In this document: positions 10,301 to 18,773 of the stretch, one piece after another | Layout: each line of letters begins with the position of its first letter | Position numbering within the stretch: position 1 is the stretch's first letter | DNA from: Bacteroidales bacterium | GTDB lineage: Bacteria; Bacteroidota; Bacteroidia; Bacteroidales; GCA-2748055 | Direction: 5' to 3' | Assembly (NCBI GenBank): GCA_041393235.1 | Contig: JAWKKO010000005.1 | Span: 117,186-181,185, forward strand | DNA: 64,000 nt | The notes under the pieces: generated by a model | Database searches by the model: none | What the model was told of the DNA's origin: nothing | Seen by the model: the letters and a program-made list of their open reading frames with translations, nothing else | Translations under genes and position numbers: made by a program

Positions 10301-10798
10301 ACCTACAGCTATGCGCGATCCCTGATGCAGGTTTCAGACCCCCACACCGGGGAAACCATCAACCGGGGACTGGCCTATCCTTCCAATTTCGACCGGCCGC
10401 ACAACCTAACGCTGGTACTCCACGCCAAGCAAGGAAGACGCCTGAGTTTCTCAGGCAACATGGTGTACATGACCGGTCGTCCCACGACCTATCCGGTTGC
10501 CGTATATGAAGCCTATGGCATCCCTTACATTCAATACTCGGACCGAAACAAGTACCGGATTCCGGACTACTTTCGCATCGACCTGTCCATGAACATGGAG
10601 GGAAATCTGAAGCGGAACAAACGGGTTCACAGCTACTGGATGCTTGGTGTTTACAATCTGACGGGACGGAAAAATGCCCATTCCGTGTATTTCAAAAACG
10701 TGAACGGCTACCTGCGCGGATACAAGCTCGCCATTTTTGGTCAGCCCATCGTCACCCTGTCCTACAACCTCAAACTGGGAAACTATGCGAGTGAATAG
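7373..10798 (+). CDS. TonB-dependent receptor-like outer-membrane protein with CarboxypepD_reg and plug domains and a ~370-aa N-terminal extension
   Basis: ATG at 7373 gives the signal peptide MKQPAFPGILCFCLGIFLYPSFLAGQ. A CarboxypepD_reg-like segment (GTIREMETGEPLVGATLYI...NGRFSL) precedes a plug (ERDVLNMAKLLPGVQS...GFNVRGSPADQNMITINQVPVYN). A long beta-barrel region ends with an aromatic-rich C-terminus. Confidence 0.85.
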   Translation: MKQPAFPGILCFCLGIFLYPSFLAGQKPVTRPEWMRLGSDQDLINGVQFSNHFSAYDGHPYWGDESFREGIVFVNGRRYEGMRMRYNLFTQRLEIEYTDLEGNRNQIMTVPEKIPRFVLDGSIFELWTPPMGEKAYYQSIRGGTSIAYVEWNKTAALSQNNGAKEWEFRETERTYWIRVGGTWHSFRNKKGYRRLFDPPGRRVFLSLLRAQSFSFVHAGPESIQRFLPALLKTLDREYPPSEAFQTEVDSDSPAHRPGSLDLESGARLYGRDDELSGLDPETLSQTNIPSLIEPLGLELWERHTKEYFILPRGMVQRNLPPFENRKQSKDTIGATTPDNETPTAEQRYMEGRTVRDPLRIQLGNPLDARTGERILLRGTIREMETGEPLVGATLYIPELQTGSASDLNGRFSLSMRPGSYQAECHCMGMETLPLLLEIYQSGEVKLSMAKTLIPLEEVVVRADRHQNVTGTQMGFERLNYGVFKEIPLVMGERDVLNMAKLLPGVQSVGEGSSGFNVRGSPADQNMITINQVPVYNSSHLFGFFTAFSPEASSDFTLYKSHLPARYGGRLSSFFDIRSKQGNMKKLSGRAGISSVSSYLALEGPLKKDRSSLLVSGRSTYSDWILRRMEDPLLRNSEAGFQDLSLVYTLNAGDNSRLQFFAYGSLDRFKLADITSFDYGNTGSSLDLYHRFNQNLSSNFTLIYSAYRFATTNTQEASTGYRQRYGIQHAEIKSDLEWYQGGEHRVGFGGSLIFYHLNRGILEPFGDLSLREPTDLGKEQGTEMALYVSDEWTLSPRWTLDAGLRLSAFSPLGPASVRLYTQGLPREEYNVEGTKEYGRGDIIRLYKGVEPRLNLRFLLNNASSVKASYTRGTQYVFMLTNTLALSPTDPWKLCDYHLGPQRLDQISAGYYLDIPGTGLSTSIEMYQKWGTHMVEYKDGANFIENPYVESETVEGSMRAAGVETMIKQKGGILSGWITYSYARSLMQVSDPHTGETINRGLAYPSNFDRPHNLTLVLHAKQGRRLSFSGNMVYMTGRPTTYPVAVYEAYGIPYIQYSDRNKYRIPDYFRIDLSMNMEGNLKRNKRVHSYWMLGVYNLTGRKNAHSVYFKNVNGYLRGYKLAIFGQPIVTLSYNLKLGNYASE

Positions 10799-11951
10799 AA
10801 TCCCGGGAGCCGTCCTGATCGGACTGATGGTATGCGGGGGATGCATCGAACCTTTTGAACCGGAGCTGAACGAATCCCAGAGTTCGGTGGTGATCGTGGG
10901 GACCCTGACCGACAAGCCAGGCAGGCAGGAGGTACGGATCTCCCGCACATCCTCCTACCGCCTGCCGGAACACCTGCCGTTGGAAAATTGCATCGTAACC
11001 GCCAGCAACCAACGAGGCGAAATGATTCACTATCTGGAAGAAGAAGCCGGCCTGTATGTGGCGGATGCTCCCGATGATTTCCTCGAAACCGGAGATGCAG
11101 CCAGTTTGTTTGTGATCGACCCGGACGGACAGGAAATCCGCTCGGAATATGACACCGTTCTGGCATGTCCATCCATCGACCGGACCTATTATGAAATCCA
11201 GTCGCGGGAAACGGAAGACCCTGAACGAACCCTCATCGGGCTTCAATTTTATCTGGACATGTCGGGGGCGGCCACGGATGCCCGCGATGTGATCTGGCGG
11301 GTCGAAGAAAGCTGGGAGTACTGGGCAGCTCTCATCGGCACGCACCGATGGCATGAAAATGGTGAATGGGAAGAATTCCGAAGCAATCCGCTGTTCAAAT
11401 GCTGGCACCAGGAAAAGGTGCAGGAGGTGTATACGGGAAGTTCGAGGACCCTTTCTGAAAACCGGATGGAGCGGGTGGAATTGAATTACGTGTCCAGCCA
11501 AACAGACCGTCTGAGCGTGACCTACAGCCTTTTGGTCCGGCAACAGTCCCTGACCCGGAGCAGTTTCGATTATTGGAGCCGCATGCAGGATCAGGCCATG
11601 GCTTCGGGCGGTCTGTTTGAAACCCAGGCAGCCACCATCCCGGGGAATCTTTCGATGGACGGGGATTCCGGGGGTCCGGTGCTGGGACATTTCACCGTCT
11701 GCCAGGAAAAGGAGTCGCGCATTTTCGTCCACAACAACAATCTTTTTGATTTTTCTGTGCAACACATCGAGTGCGAATACCAGCCAATGAGCGTCATCTA
11801 TACCTGGGATCCCATCGTGTGGCCCATCTATCTGTACAACCCGGGGAACTTTGAACCTTTGCTGACCGCCGAGTCCTATTGTTTCGATTGCCGTTTGCAG
11901 GGCGGCAGCCCCATCCAACCTGAGTTTTGGGAATCATGGCATTCCAAATGA
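10785..11951 (+). CDS. DUF4249-like lipoprotein, the usual partner of this receptor class
   Basis: ATG at 10785 overlaps the receptor stop by 14 nt. The N-terminus MRVNRIPGAVLIGLMVCGGCIEPFEPEL...VVIVGTLTD matches the lipobox-plus-FxP pattern I associate with DUF4249. The family call is from memory only. Confidence 0.7.
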   Translation: MRVNRIPGAVLIGLMVCGGCIEPFEPELNESQSSVVIVGTLTDKPGRQEVRISRTSSYRLPEHLPLENCIVTASNQRGEMIHYLEEEAGLYVADAPDDFLETGDAASLFVIDPDGQEIRSEYDTVLACPSIDRTYYEIQSRETEDPERTLIGLQFYLDMSGAATDARDVIWRVEESWEYWAALIGTHRWHENGEWEEFRSNPLFKCWHQEKVQEVYTGSSRTLSENRMERVELNYVSSQTDRLSVTYSLLVRQQSLTRSSFDYWSRMQDQAMASGGLFETQAATIPGNLSMDGDSGGPVLGHFTVCQEKESRIFVHNNNLFDFSVQHIECEYQPMSVIYTWDPIVWPIYLYNPGNFEPLLTAESYCFDCRLQGGSPIQPEFWESWHSK

Positions 11952-13591
11952 AACCATCGCATGTCCGGTCCAGGTGGCTGACCACCCTGATCGTTCTTAC
12001 CTCGTTGCTTCACCCGGCATCCGGCCAGGGGTTTGCGACATCCTCGCCCATGCTGTTCCCGGACCGATCTCTTTACATCGCAGGGGAAGACATCCGGTTT
12101 CAGTCCCTGGACCCGAGTCCCGGCAGCCTTCTTTACGTGGAACTCCTTTCCCCCGACGGGCACGTCAGAGCCTCCGGAAAATACAACCATGACAAAACCG
12201 CTTCCCGGGGCCGCCTGACACTTCCCCGGGGAATCAACAGCGGCGTGTATGTCCTCCGTGCCTACACGCGGGACGAACGGAGTCTGGGTCAGGAGGGTTT
12301 TGCCCATGCCCTGATCAAGGTCCTGAATCCTTCCAGTACCCTGGTGTCCCGGGGAAGCAACTCCGCGACGGACAGTCTCCTTCCTCTTCCCATCGGACCC
12401 GATCCTGTGATGATTCGGGTCGATGGACCCGGTCCGGAATTTGCACCGCGCGACAGCCTCCGGGTTCAGTTGTCGGGTCGGGACATGGAAGGTTGTCTGA
12501 CCCTGGTTCCTGCAGGCATTCTTCCGCTTCCACCGCATCGGCTGCAAGAATACGAGCCAGGGAGTATGGATATTCAGTACCTTCCGGACGGACACGGCAT
12601 GCTGCTTTCCGGATCGGTACGTTCCACCGAACCGGGGAAGGTTGCTCTGGAAGAGGTTGATGTCCATGTATCCCTGCTGGGATCCCAGGGGGGGTACCGG
12701 GTCGCCCGGTCCGATTCCCTGGGGGAATTCCACCTCTCCCTGCCCTTGAAACAAGGGGTAGTGGAATTGTTCGTGCAAGCCAGGGGCCCCGGGGAGGAAG
12801 TGCTGGAACTCCGCATCGATCAGGACTTTCATCCCGATTATCCTGCCCCGGTGCTCCCGGAATTCGAACTCGACAGCCTGGAAAGAGAAGTGGGACTGCG
12901 GATGGCACAAAACCTGGCACTTGTTGCCTATTTCCAGGCTCCGATCGATTCGCTTCGTGCAAGCCCTGGCCCGGTGTCCCTCCCTCCCTTTTACGGTGTT
13001 CCGGATTTCAGGCTCGACATGGATGAATTTGTCCTCCTGCCCACCCTGGACGAAGTGTTCCGAAACCTGGTCCCCCCGGTCCGCATCACAAAACGCAGAG
13101 GGGAACCGGGCCTGCTTATCGAAAGCCAGAATCCCGGTATTCATCTCTTTCCTCCCCTGGTGATGATCGACGGGATTCCCCTGTTTGATCTCTCCCTGTT
13201 TCTGTCTGCTCCCACGGCGCGGATTCGATACATCGACGTGCTCACGGATGTGTTTGTCAAAGGAGAAAAACGTTTCGGAGGCATCGTGAATCTGATCACG
13301 CGGCAGGAAGACATGGCGGGAATGGAATTGCCTGAAGGGGGCTATTTTCTGGATATTCAGGGTCTCTCCCCACCCGATGGACCCCTTCCCGGAAATCCGG
13401 ATCAAGCCACCGGGATGCCTGATTTGCGCAATACGGTCGCCTGGATCCCAGACATCCGGCTCACGGAGAACGCACCCGTCGACATCCCCCTTCTTGCACC
13501 GGATGTTCCGGGAACCTACAGCCTTCTTTTCCGGGGAAGAAACGCCCAGGGGAGCTATGTGGAAACCCGAATGGATGTGGTAATCCACTGA
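11948..13591 (+). CDS. Secreted protein with an MG2-like N-terminus and a plug-like C-terminal region but no beta-barrel
   Basis: The ATG at 11948 overlaps the previous stop (ATGA). Signal peptide is MKPSHVRSRWLTTLIVLTSLLHPASGQ. A plug-like stretch reads PPLVMIDGIPLFD...RIRYIDVLTDVF...RFGGIVNLITRQ. Confidence 0.6.
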   Translation: MKPSHVRSRWLTTLIVLTSLLHPASGQGFATSSPMLFPDRSLYIAGEDIRFQSLDPSPGSLLYVELLSPDGHVRASGKYNHDKTASRGRLTLPRGINSGVYVLRAYTRDERSLGQEGFAHALIKVLNPSSTLVSRGSNSATDSLLPLPIGPDPVMIRVDGPGPEFAPRDSLRVQLSGRDMEGCLTLVPAGILPLPPHRLQEYEPGSMDIQYLPDGHGMLLSGSVRSTEPGKVALEEVDVHVSLLGSQGGYRVARSDSLGEFHLSLPLKQGVVELFVQARGPGEEVLELRIDQDFHPDYPAPVLPEFELDSLEREVGLRMAQNLALVAYFQAPIDSLRASPGPVSLPPFYGVPDFRLDMDEFVLLPTLDEVFRNLVPPVRITKRRGEPGLLIESQNPGIHLFPPLVMIDGIPLFDLSLFLSAPTARIRYIDVLTDVFVKGEKRFGGIVNLITRQEDMAGMELPEGGYFLDIQGLSPPDGPLPGNPDQATGMPDLRNTVAWIPDIRLTENAPVDIPLLAPDVPGTYSLLFRGRNAQGSYVETRMDVVIH

Positions 13592-13600
13592 GGTTCCGGT

Positions 13601-14332
13601 TCAGAGGACAAATCGAAGGCCCAGGGAAAAATCCAAACGACTCAATCCCTGGTATGCATCCGGACTCAACTCCAGGTCGATGGTCCGATTTCCTTCGGTG
13701 AGTTTGAATTCCTGCAACACCGCCGTCAGAAAGCCCCCCTGCAATCCCAAGGCCCAGCGATCGTTGATCCGCCAATCCCAGCTCAGGTCCAGAGACATCC
13801 CGATGGTGCTTCCCTCCAGCAGGAATTCCTCGATGAGAATTTTTTCGTTCCAATAGGCGACATAACCCACCGAAAGGCCCAGGGACAGGCAATTCGACTG
13901 ATTCAGGCTGCCGACTCTGCCCCACAAGGCCGGGCCCGCATACCGGATTCGGAGGTCGTCCTCCATTTCCCCGGCGTATCCGGCGTAGCTCGTGCTGTCC
14001 ATGTGGTTGGAAGTCTGAAACTGTGCAAAACGAAGCCCAAGTCCCAGGTGCTTCCCCGGAAAATACTGAAAATCAGCGGATTCCTGCCACCCCCGCTTCA
14101 TCGCTCGGTAATAGGGAACCCAATCCGCGGGCAGGCTTTCTTCGAGTTTGAACAGGTGGACCCCATAACCTCCCTGCAGTGCAAACCGCCAGCGTTCTTC
14201 CTGCGCATCGACGGGTTGCCTGGTCACCAGGCACACCAAAAGGACAGCAAGGAGCCTACCCCTTCTCCGTGGGAAAAGACAGGAGAACCAGGGTGCCCTT
14301 GCCCTCCTCCGACTCAATGTCGAGCTGACCAT
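13601..14332 (-). CDS. Outer-membrane beta-barrel protein (porin-family-like)
   Basis: Alternating hydrophobic beta-strand pattern; the C-terminus is ...FSLGLRFVL. The start is uncertain. The only ATG (14332) would overlap the upstream kinase by 77 nt. Confidence 0.55.
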   Translation of the reverse strand: MVSSTLSRRRARAPWFSCLFPRRRGRLLAVLLVCLVTRQPVDAQEERWRFALQGGYGVHLFKLEESLPADWVPYYRAMKRGWQESADFQYFPGKHLGLGLRFAQFQTSNHMDSTSYAGYAGEMEDDLRIRYAGPALWGRVGSLNQSNCLSLGLSVGYVAYWNEKILIEEFLLEGSTIGMSLDLSWDWRINDRWALGLQGGFLTAVLQEFKLTEGNRTIDLELSPDAYQGLSRLDFSLGLRFVL

Positions 14333-15707
14333 TGTGCTGCGTAATGATTTGATAGGAAATGGACAACCCCAGGCCTGTTCCTTCCCGGGGTGCCTTGGTT
14401 GTGAAAAACGGATCCGTCACCCGGGACAGATGCTCCCTTTTGATGCCCCCGCCGCTGTCCCGGATCGAAACCACCACTTCCCCGGCACCGGTCCGCGTGG
14501 TGATCCGAATGGTGCCCTTTTCTTCGATGGCCTGGATGGCATTGGTGAACAAATTGGTGAACACCTGGTGCAATTTGCCCACATTGCCGGGCACCAGGGC
14601 GCCTTCGGGTCCATATTCCTTGTGAACCTCAATCCTGTTCTTGTATCGGTTGTGCAGCATCAACAGGCAGTTGTCCATGATGGAATGCAAATCGCATTCC
14701 TCCTCGAAGGTTTCGCTGTCACGACTGAATTGATTCAGGCTGGACACGATGCCGGAAGCCCGGTCGATCCCAGCCTTCAGACTGTGCAGAAAAAGAGTGA
14801 CTTCCTCCGGGTAGTTGCCCGGTCCGGAGGAGAAATAGTCCTCCAACCCCTTGTAGGCTCCCATGATGAAGTTCAACGGATTGTTGATCTCATGCGCAAC
14901 GCCGGCCGTCAGGATTCCCAGCGACGCCATTTTTTCGGACTGAAACAACTTCAGATGCATGGTTTTGAGGTGCTCCAGGGCCTCCTCCAGCTCCTTCTTC
15001 TGATCCTGCACAAGCACGTTTTTGGCAGAAAGGTCCTCGTTGATGGCATGCAGTTCCTCGTTCATACCCACCAGCTCCTCGTTGGCGGTTTCCAGTTCCC
15101 GGGTCCGTTCTTCCACAAGCAACTCCAGGTTCTCCTTGTGCCGCATCAGATCGTTGTGTAGGGAGACATTTTCCAGGGCCAGGGCCAGATGATTGGCCAC
15201 GGTGCTTCCAAGTTCCACTTCGTGATCCGTGAATTCCTTTGCCTTGTTGCATGTACCCAGAATGAGCACGCCGAGGGATTGCTGCTTGCCCTGAAACGGA
15301 TAATACAGCAGGCTTCTCAACAGACGCATTTCCACCACATTTCTCTCGGCGGGGGACAGGTCTTCCCGGGTGGTGTCTGAAACCAGCACCGGGCTTCCCC
15401 TGCGAAGGCATTCCCCGATGTGGGGATGATCCTTCAAATCGGCCCTCCGGAGGGAATCCGGCATCCCCGGATCCAATGGAGGGGTGGTGGCGCTGAGCAG
15501 GAGACTGTCATCCTCTTCCAGGGTATACATGGCCGCCGTTTCGATGTCCATGAGTTCCGACATTCCATCGCTGATGATTTGCAACACCTCCTGGTAATCG
15601 AGGGTACTGATGATGCTCTGACTCAGGTTCATGATCACCCCCAGCTCCCTCGTGTACCGGAGGGATTCCGTTTCCAGCAATTCCCATACTTTCTCCATAC
15701 AAAACAA
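14256..15707 (-). CDS. Sensor histidine kinase with N-terminal GAF domain and coiled coil
   Basis: H-box GVAHEINNPLN. The ATPase N and G boxes are LHQVFTNLFTNAIQA, IRDSGGGI and GTGLGLSISYQI. The upstream ~170 aa look GAF-like. Confidence 0.85.
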   Translation of the reverse strand: MFCMEKVWELLETESLRYTRELGVIMNLSQSIISTLDYQEVLQIISDGMSELMDIETAAMYTLEEDDSLLLSATTPPLDPGMPDSLRRADLKDHPHIGECLRRGSPVLVSDTTREDLSPAERNVVEMRLLRSLLYYPFQGKQQSLGVLILGTCNKAKEFTDHEVELGSTVANHLALALENVSLHNDLMRHKENLELLVEERTRELETANEELVGMNEELHAINEDLSAKNVLVQDQKKELEEALEHLKTMHLKLFQSEKMASLGILTAGVAHEINNPLNFIMGAYKGLEDYFSSGPGNYPEEVTLFLHSLKAGIDRASGIVSSLNQFSRDSETFEEECDLHSIMDNCLLMLHNRYKNRIEVHKEYGPEGALVPGNVGKLHQVFTNLFTNAIQAIEEKGTIRITTRTGAGEVVVSIRDSGGGIKREHLSRVTDPFFTTKAPREGTGLGLSISYQIITQHNGQLDIESEEGKGTLVLLSFPTEKG

Positions 15708-15742
15708 CCTCTATGTTCAAAACAACTATTTCCGTCACCGGT

Positions 15743-16363
15743 TCATCTCAGGTACTCCCGTTTCAGCAATGTGGTTTTCAATTTTGAGACTTCGTTCTCC
15801 AATTGAAGCCGGAGCGAAACCTCCATGCTCAGGATATCCGATTCAAGGATCAGGAGAATCATGATGGCATCCGCGACCCGTGATTCGGAGTCCAGGGTAA
15901 AAAAGAGGTCTTCGGTTTTTTCACAAAATACCTGGTATCGTTCCAGGATTCTGTAGATCCTGGAAAGATGCTGGATGGTGCCCAGGTTGAATTCCTGGAT
16001 AACGCCGCTGATGCGGGCGCTTTCGAACATGATGGTGTTGGGTTGAACCGTTCCCATTCCCCTCCAACCCGGGAGACGGAAATGCCGGAATACGTCGTTG
16101 GTGTAATAGACCGCGGCCATTTGTTCCTCGGTCAGCGCCCTTTCGATGCTGTCCAGCGGGGGCTTCAATTTCTCGTGGTATTCAATGGCCGTCTCGAACT
16201 GCCGGATGTTGGTCTCCAGTTCCTGAATGATCCCGGCAAGTGCCACCTTCGCATCCTTCCTCGCCTTGCTCTGGCCTGTCCATTGCGCCAGCAACAACCC
16301 GAGAACCACCCCAAACACCACAATGAAGGCCTCCAGGATGTATTTCCAGACGTCGCGTTTCAT
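15743..16363 (-). CDS. Hypothetical single-pass membrane protein
   Basis: ATG at 16363 gives MKRDVWKYILEAFIVVFGVVLGLLLAQW, an N-terminal TM anchor. The longer ORF (to 16480) would overlap the upstream kinase. Confidence 0.5.
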   Translation of the reverse strand: MKRDVWKYILEAFIVVFGVVLGLLLAQWTGQSKARKDAKVALAGIIQELETNIRQFETAIEYHEKLKPPLDSIERALTEEQMAAVYYTNDVFRHFRLPGWRGMGTVQPNTIMFESARISGVIQEFNLGTIQHLSRIYRILERYQVFCEKTEDLFFTLDSESRVADAIMILLILESDILSMEVSLRLQLENEVSKLKTTLLKREYLR

Positions 16364-16442
16364 CCGTTGTCGATTTTCGTTTGGTCGGGGTACCTGTGAA
16401 GGTACGAAGAAAGCCGGAAGAATGCCAGAGTCGGATTCGAAT

Positions 16443-17864
16443 TCAGCGTCCCTGTCTGTCCGTTCCGCCCGGAGATTCATTCCTGGAACATAGCTGAAGA
16501 AGGATTTCCTGGATCAGGGAATCGGGGTTGATGGGTTTGGGCAGGTACCCGTCGCATCCGGCGGCACAGATTCGTTTTCTCTCTTCCGGCGAAGCATACG
16601 CTGACTGAACGATCACGGGGAAGCTGTAATGTCTGGACCGGATGATCTTCAGGGCATCGAAGCCGTTCAGAACCGGCATGTTGATGTCCAGAAACACAAG
16701 ATCGGGCACCTTCGCCTCGATCAGATCCAACAATTCCTTCCCGTTGGCAGCCTGAATGGGCTTTCCTCCGAACGATTCCAGGATGGATTCCATCAATCGG
16801 AAGGATTCAAAAGAGTCCTCCGCCACATAGATCTGATAGGGGCTCAGGTCCACCTCCTTTTCCAATGACTGAAAGGGCACCGAGGAGGGATTGGGGGCAT
16901 TGCCGATGGTGCATGGAAAGGAAACATAAAAACTGGAACCCACCCCTGGCTCGGAATCCAGGCTGAGGGTTCCCCCGAGCAATTCCACCAAACTTTTTGT
17001 GATGCTGAGTCCGATTCCGGTTCCTTCCTGGCTTTTCACCTCTTCGACCCGGGTGAAGCGATCGAAGATCCTTTCCTGGTATTCCCTGGGAATCCCGATT
17101 CCGGTGTCTTTCACATACACCTGAAGGATGGGATGTTCGCCCGTGTTCTCGAAGCGGTACCCAAAGACCACCCAACCATCCATCGTGTATTTCAGGGCAT
17201 TGTTCACCAGGTTGATGCACACTTGCTGAAGGCGCTGGACATCGGTATGAAGGATGTACTCCGCATCGGTCCGTTCCGGCTCAAAATGATAGGCAACCCT
17301 CGGTCGGTCCAGAAGAAACTTGCTCTGGCGGGTCATTTCAAAAACCTGGGAAAAAACCTCCTCGGGTCGGACAAACTGCTTGAAGACACGCAATTGGTTG
17401 GATTCGATCTTTGCCAGATCCAGGATGTCGTTGATCAATCGCATGAGGTGATTCCCCGAGTTTCGGATGATCGAAACATATTCTGCGAGTCGTTCCGGAG
17501 GAAGGTCCGGTTTCTCCAACAGAATGGAAAAGCCCAGGATGGCATTCATGGGGGTTCGGATTTCATGGCTCATGTTGGCGAGAAACGCCGATTTGAGCCG
17601 GTCGCTCTCCATGGCCCGGTTCTTGGCACTCTCCACTTCCTGATTGATGGCTTTCAGACGCTCGAACTGGCCCTGGAGGTTGCTGTTTTCGGCCAGATCC
17701 TCGATCATCATATTCAACCCCATGGCCAGTGCATCGATGTCGTCGTTCTGGTTCGATAATGCCACCTGGACGTTGAAGTCCCCGTGGGCCACCTTCATGA
17801 CCGCCTCGATCATCTCCTGGATTCTGTCGTTGTCTGTGATTTTTGCCATGAAACTCTTCTTCAA
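16443..17864 (-). CDS. Hybrid sensor histidine kinase / response regulator
   Basis: H-box FLANMSHEIRTPMNAILGF. ATPase boxes are NLVNNALKYT, VKDTGIGI and GTGIGLSITKSLVELLGG. A C-terminal REC domain is present (IYVAEDSFE...VFLDINMP...LPKP). Confidence 0.9.
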   Translation of the reverse strand: MKKSFMAKITDNDRIQEMIEAVMKVAHGDFNVQVALSNQNDDIDALAMGLNMMIEDLAENSNLQGQFERLKAINQEVESAKNRAMESDRLKSAFLANMSHEIRTPMNAILGFSILLEKPDLPPERLAEYVSIIRNSGNHLMRLINDILDLAKIESNQLRVFKQFVRPEEVFSQVFEMTRQSKFLLDRPRVAYHFEPERTDAEYILHTDVQRLQQVCINLVNNALKYTMDGWVVFGYRFENTGEHPILQVYVKDTGIGIPREYQERIFDRFTRVEEVKSQEGTGIGLSITKSLVELLGGTLSLDSEPGVGSSFYVSFPCTIGNAPNPSSVPFQSLEKEVDLSPYQIYVAEDSFESFRLMESILESFGGKPIQAANGKELLDLIEAKVPDLVFLDINMPVLNGFDALKIIRSRHYSFPVIVQSAYASPEERKRICAAGCDGYLPKPINPDSLIQEILLQLCSRNESPGGTDRQGR

Positions 17865-17874
17865 TTCGGCATTT

Positions 17875-18303
17875 TCAAATGTGGGTCAGCCAGTCCAGGG
17901 CATCCTCCTCCCGTTCAAAGAACCGGTACTTCTCCAGGCCCAGGCTCCCGATGACAAATGTGGCGAGAACACGTGCCACCGGATGGATTCCTACCATGGC
18001 AATGGCCTCAACGGATTTATGGGCGGATAGGGATCGCCAGAATCTTCTTGCTTCGGGCGGATTGTGTCCGGTCTGATTCAAATCCACCAGGAGCCTGACC
18101 GCATCTCCGGCCAGGGAAAACACGTCCCGGTACACGGCACGAATCCGATCCAGCTTATCATCGTCCATGTCTCCGATGGCTTCGATCCGCAACACCCCGT
18201 CTCCGAGCAATGCAATCCGTTGCCCGGCGATTTCAAAGGTCGAATCACCCGTCCGGTAGGACTCCAGAAGGGGAACCTCGGCTTCCTTCCTCCCCCGCTT
18301 CAT
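17875..18303 (-). CDS. STAS/SpoIIAA-like small protein (paralog 1)
   Basis: Only the last 142 aa of ORF 17875..19179 look real. The ATG at 18303 overlaps the stop of the upstream paralog (ATGA). The pattern LLVDLNQTGHNPPEARRFW...VEAIAMVGIHPVARVLATF...RFFEREEDALDWL is typical of the SpoIIAA-like/STAS_2 type. Confidence 0.7.
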   Translation of the reverse strand: MKRGRKEAEVPLLESYRTGDSTFEIAGQRIALLGDGVLRIEAIGDMDDDKLDRIRAVYRDVFSLAGDAVRLLVDLNQTGHNPPEARRFWRSLSAHKSVEAIAMVGIHPVARVLATFVIGSLGLEKYRFFEREEDALDWLTHI

Positions 18304-18719
18304 ATCGTGGAATTCTGTTTGAGCCAATCCATGGCTTCCGATTCCGCCTGAAAGAACCGGACCTTGTCCATTTTCAGTGGTCCCATGACGAAGGAGGCCA
18401 CCACTTGCGAAACGGGATGCAACCCACAAACAGCGACGCGTTCCACCAGGGGGTCCCGCGCCATGCTTTGCCAGAGCCTTCGCGCCGGCGGCGGGTTTTT
18501 TCCCACGAAATTGATATCGACCAGGAGCTTGATCCGATCCCCGAATTGAAGCAGGAAATCCCTGAAACTTGCTTCGATCAAAAGCACCATGTCGGAGGTC
18601 TGATCCCCGATGGCATCGACCCGGACGATGGAATTTCCCAGGTAACTGGCTTTGTCTGTTCCGAAAAGAAACTGGGTTTGGTTCAATTTGACAATCTGCA
18701 ATTCTCCGGCCATGGCCAA
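18300..18719 (-). CDS. STAS/SpoIIAA-like small protein (paralog 2)
   Basis: 139 aa, alignable by eye with its neighbour along its length (LLVDINFVGKNPPPARRLW...VERVAVCGLHPVSQVVASF...RFFQAESEAMDWL). Confidence 0.7.
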   Translation of the reverse strand: MAMAGELQIVKLNQTQFLFGTDKASYLGNSIVRVDAIGDQTSDMVLLIEASFRDFLLQFGDRIKLLVDINFVGKNPPPARRLWQSMARDPLVERVAVCGLHPVSQVVASFVMGPLKMDKVRFFQAESEAMDWLKQNSTI

Positions 18720-18773
18720 AGGTACGAAAAAGCAGGGAAGGCGGAGGCCATGATGTTAAACCGCCTGGAAAGC

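Noticed and set aside
14256-14332. A 77-nt same-strand overlap between the GAF kinase C-terminus and the porin-like gene.
   Set aside because: It probably reflects an uncertain start for the barrel protein, which has no alternative ATG. An unusual start codon or an indel cannot be excluded. It is not evidence of a functional overlap.
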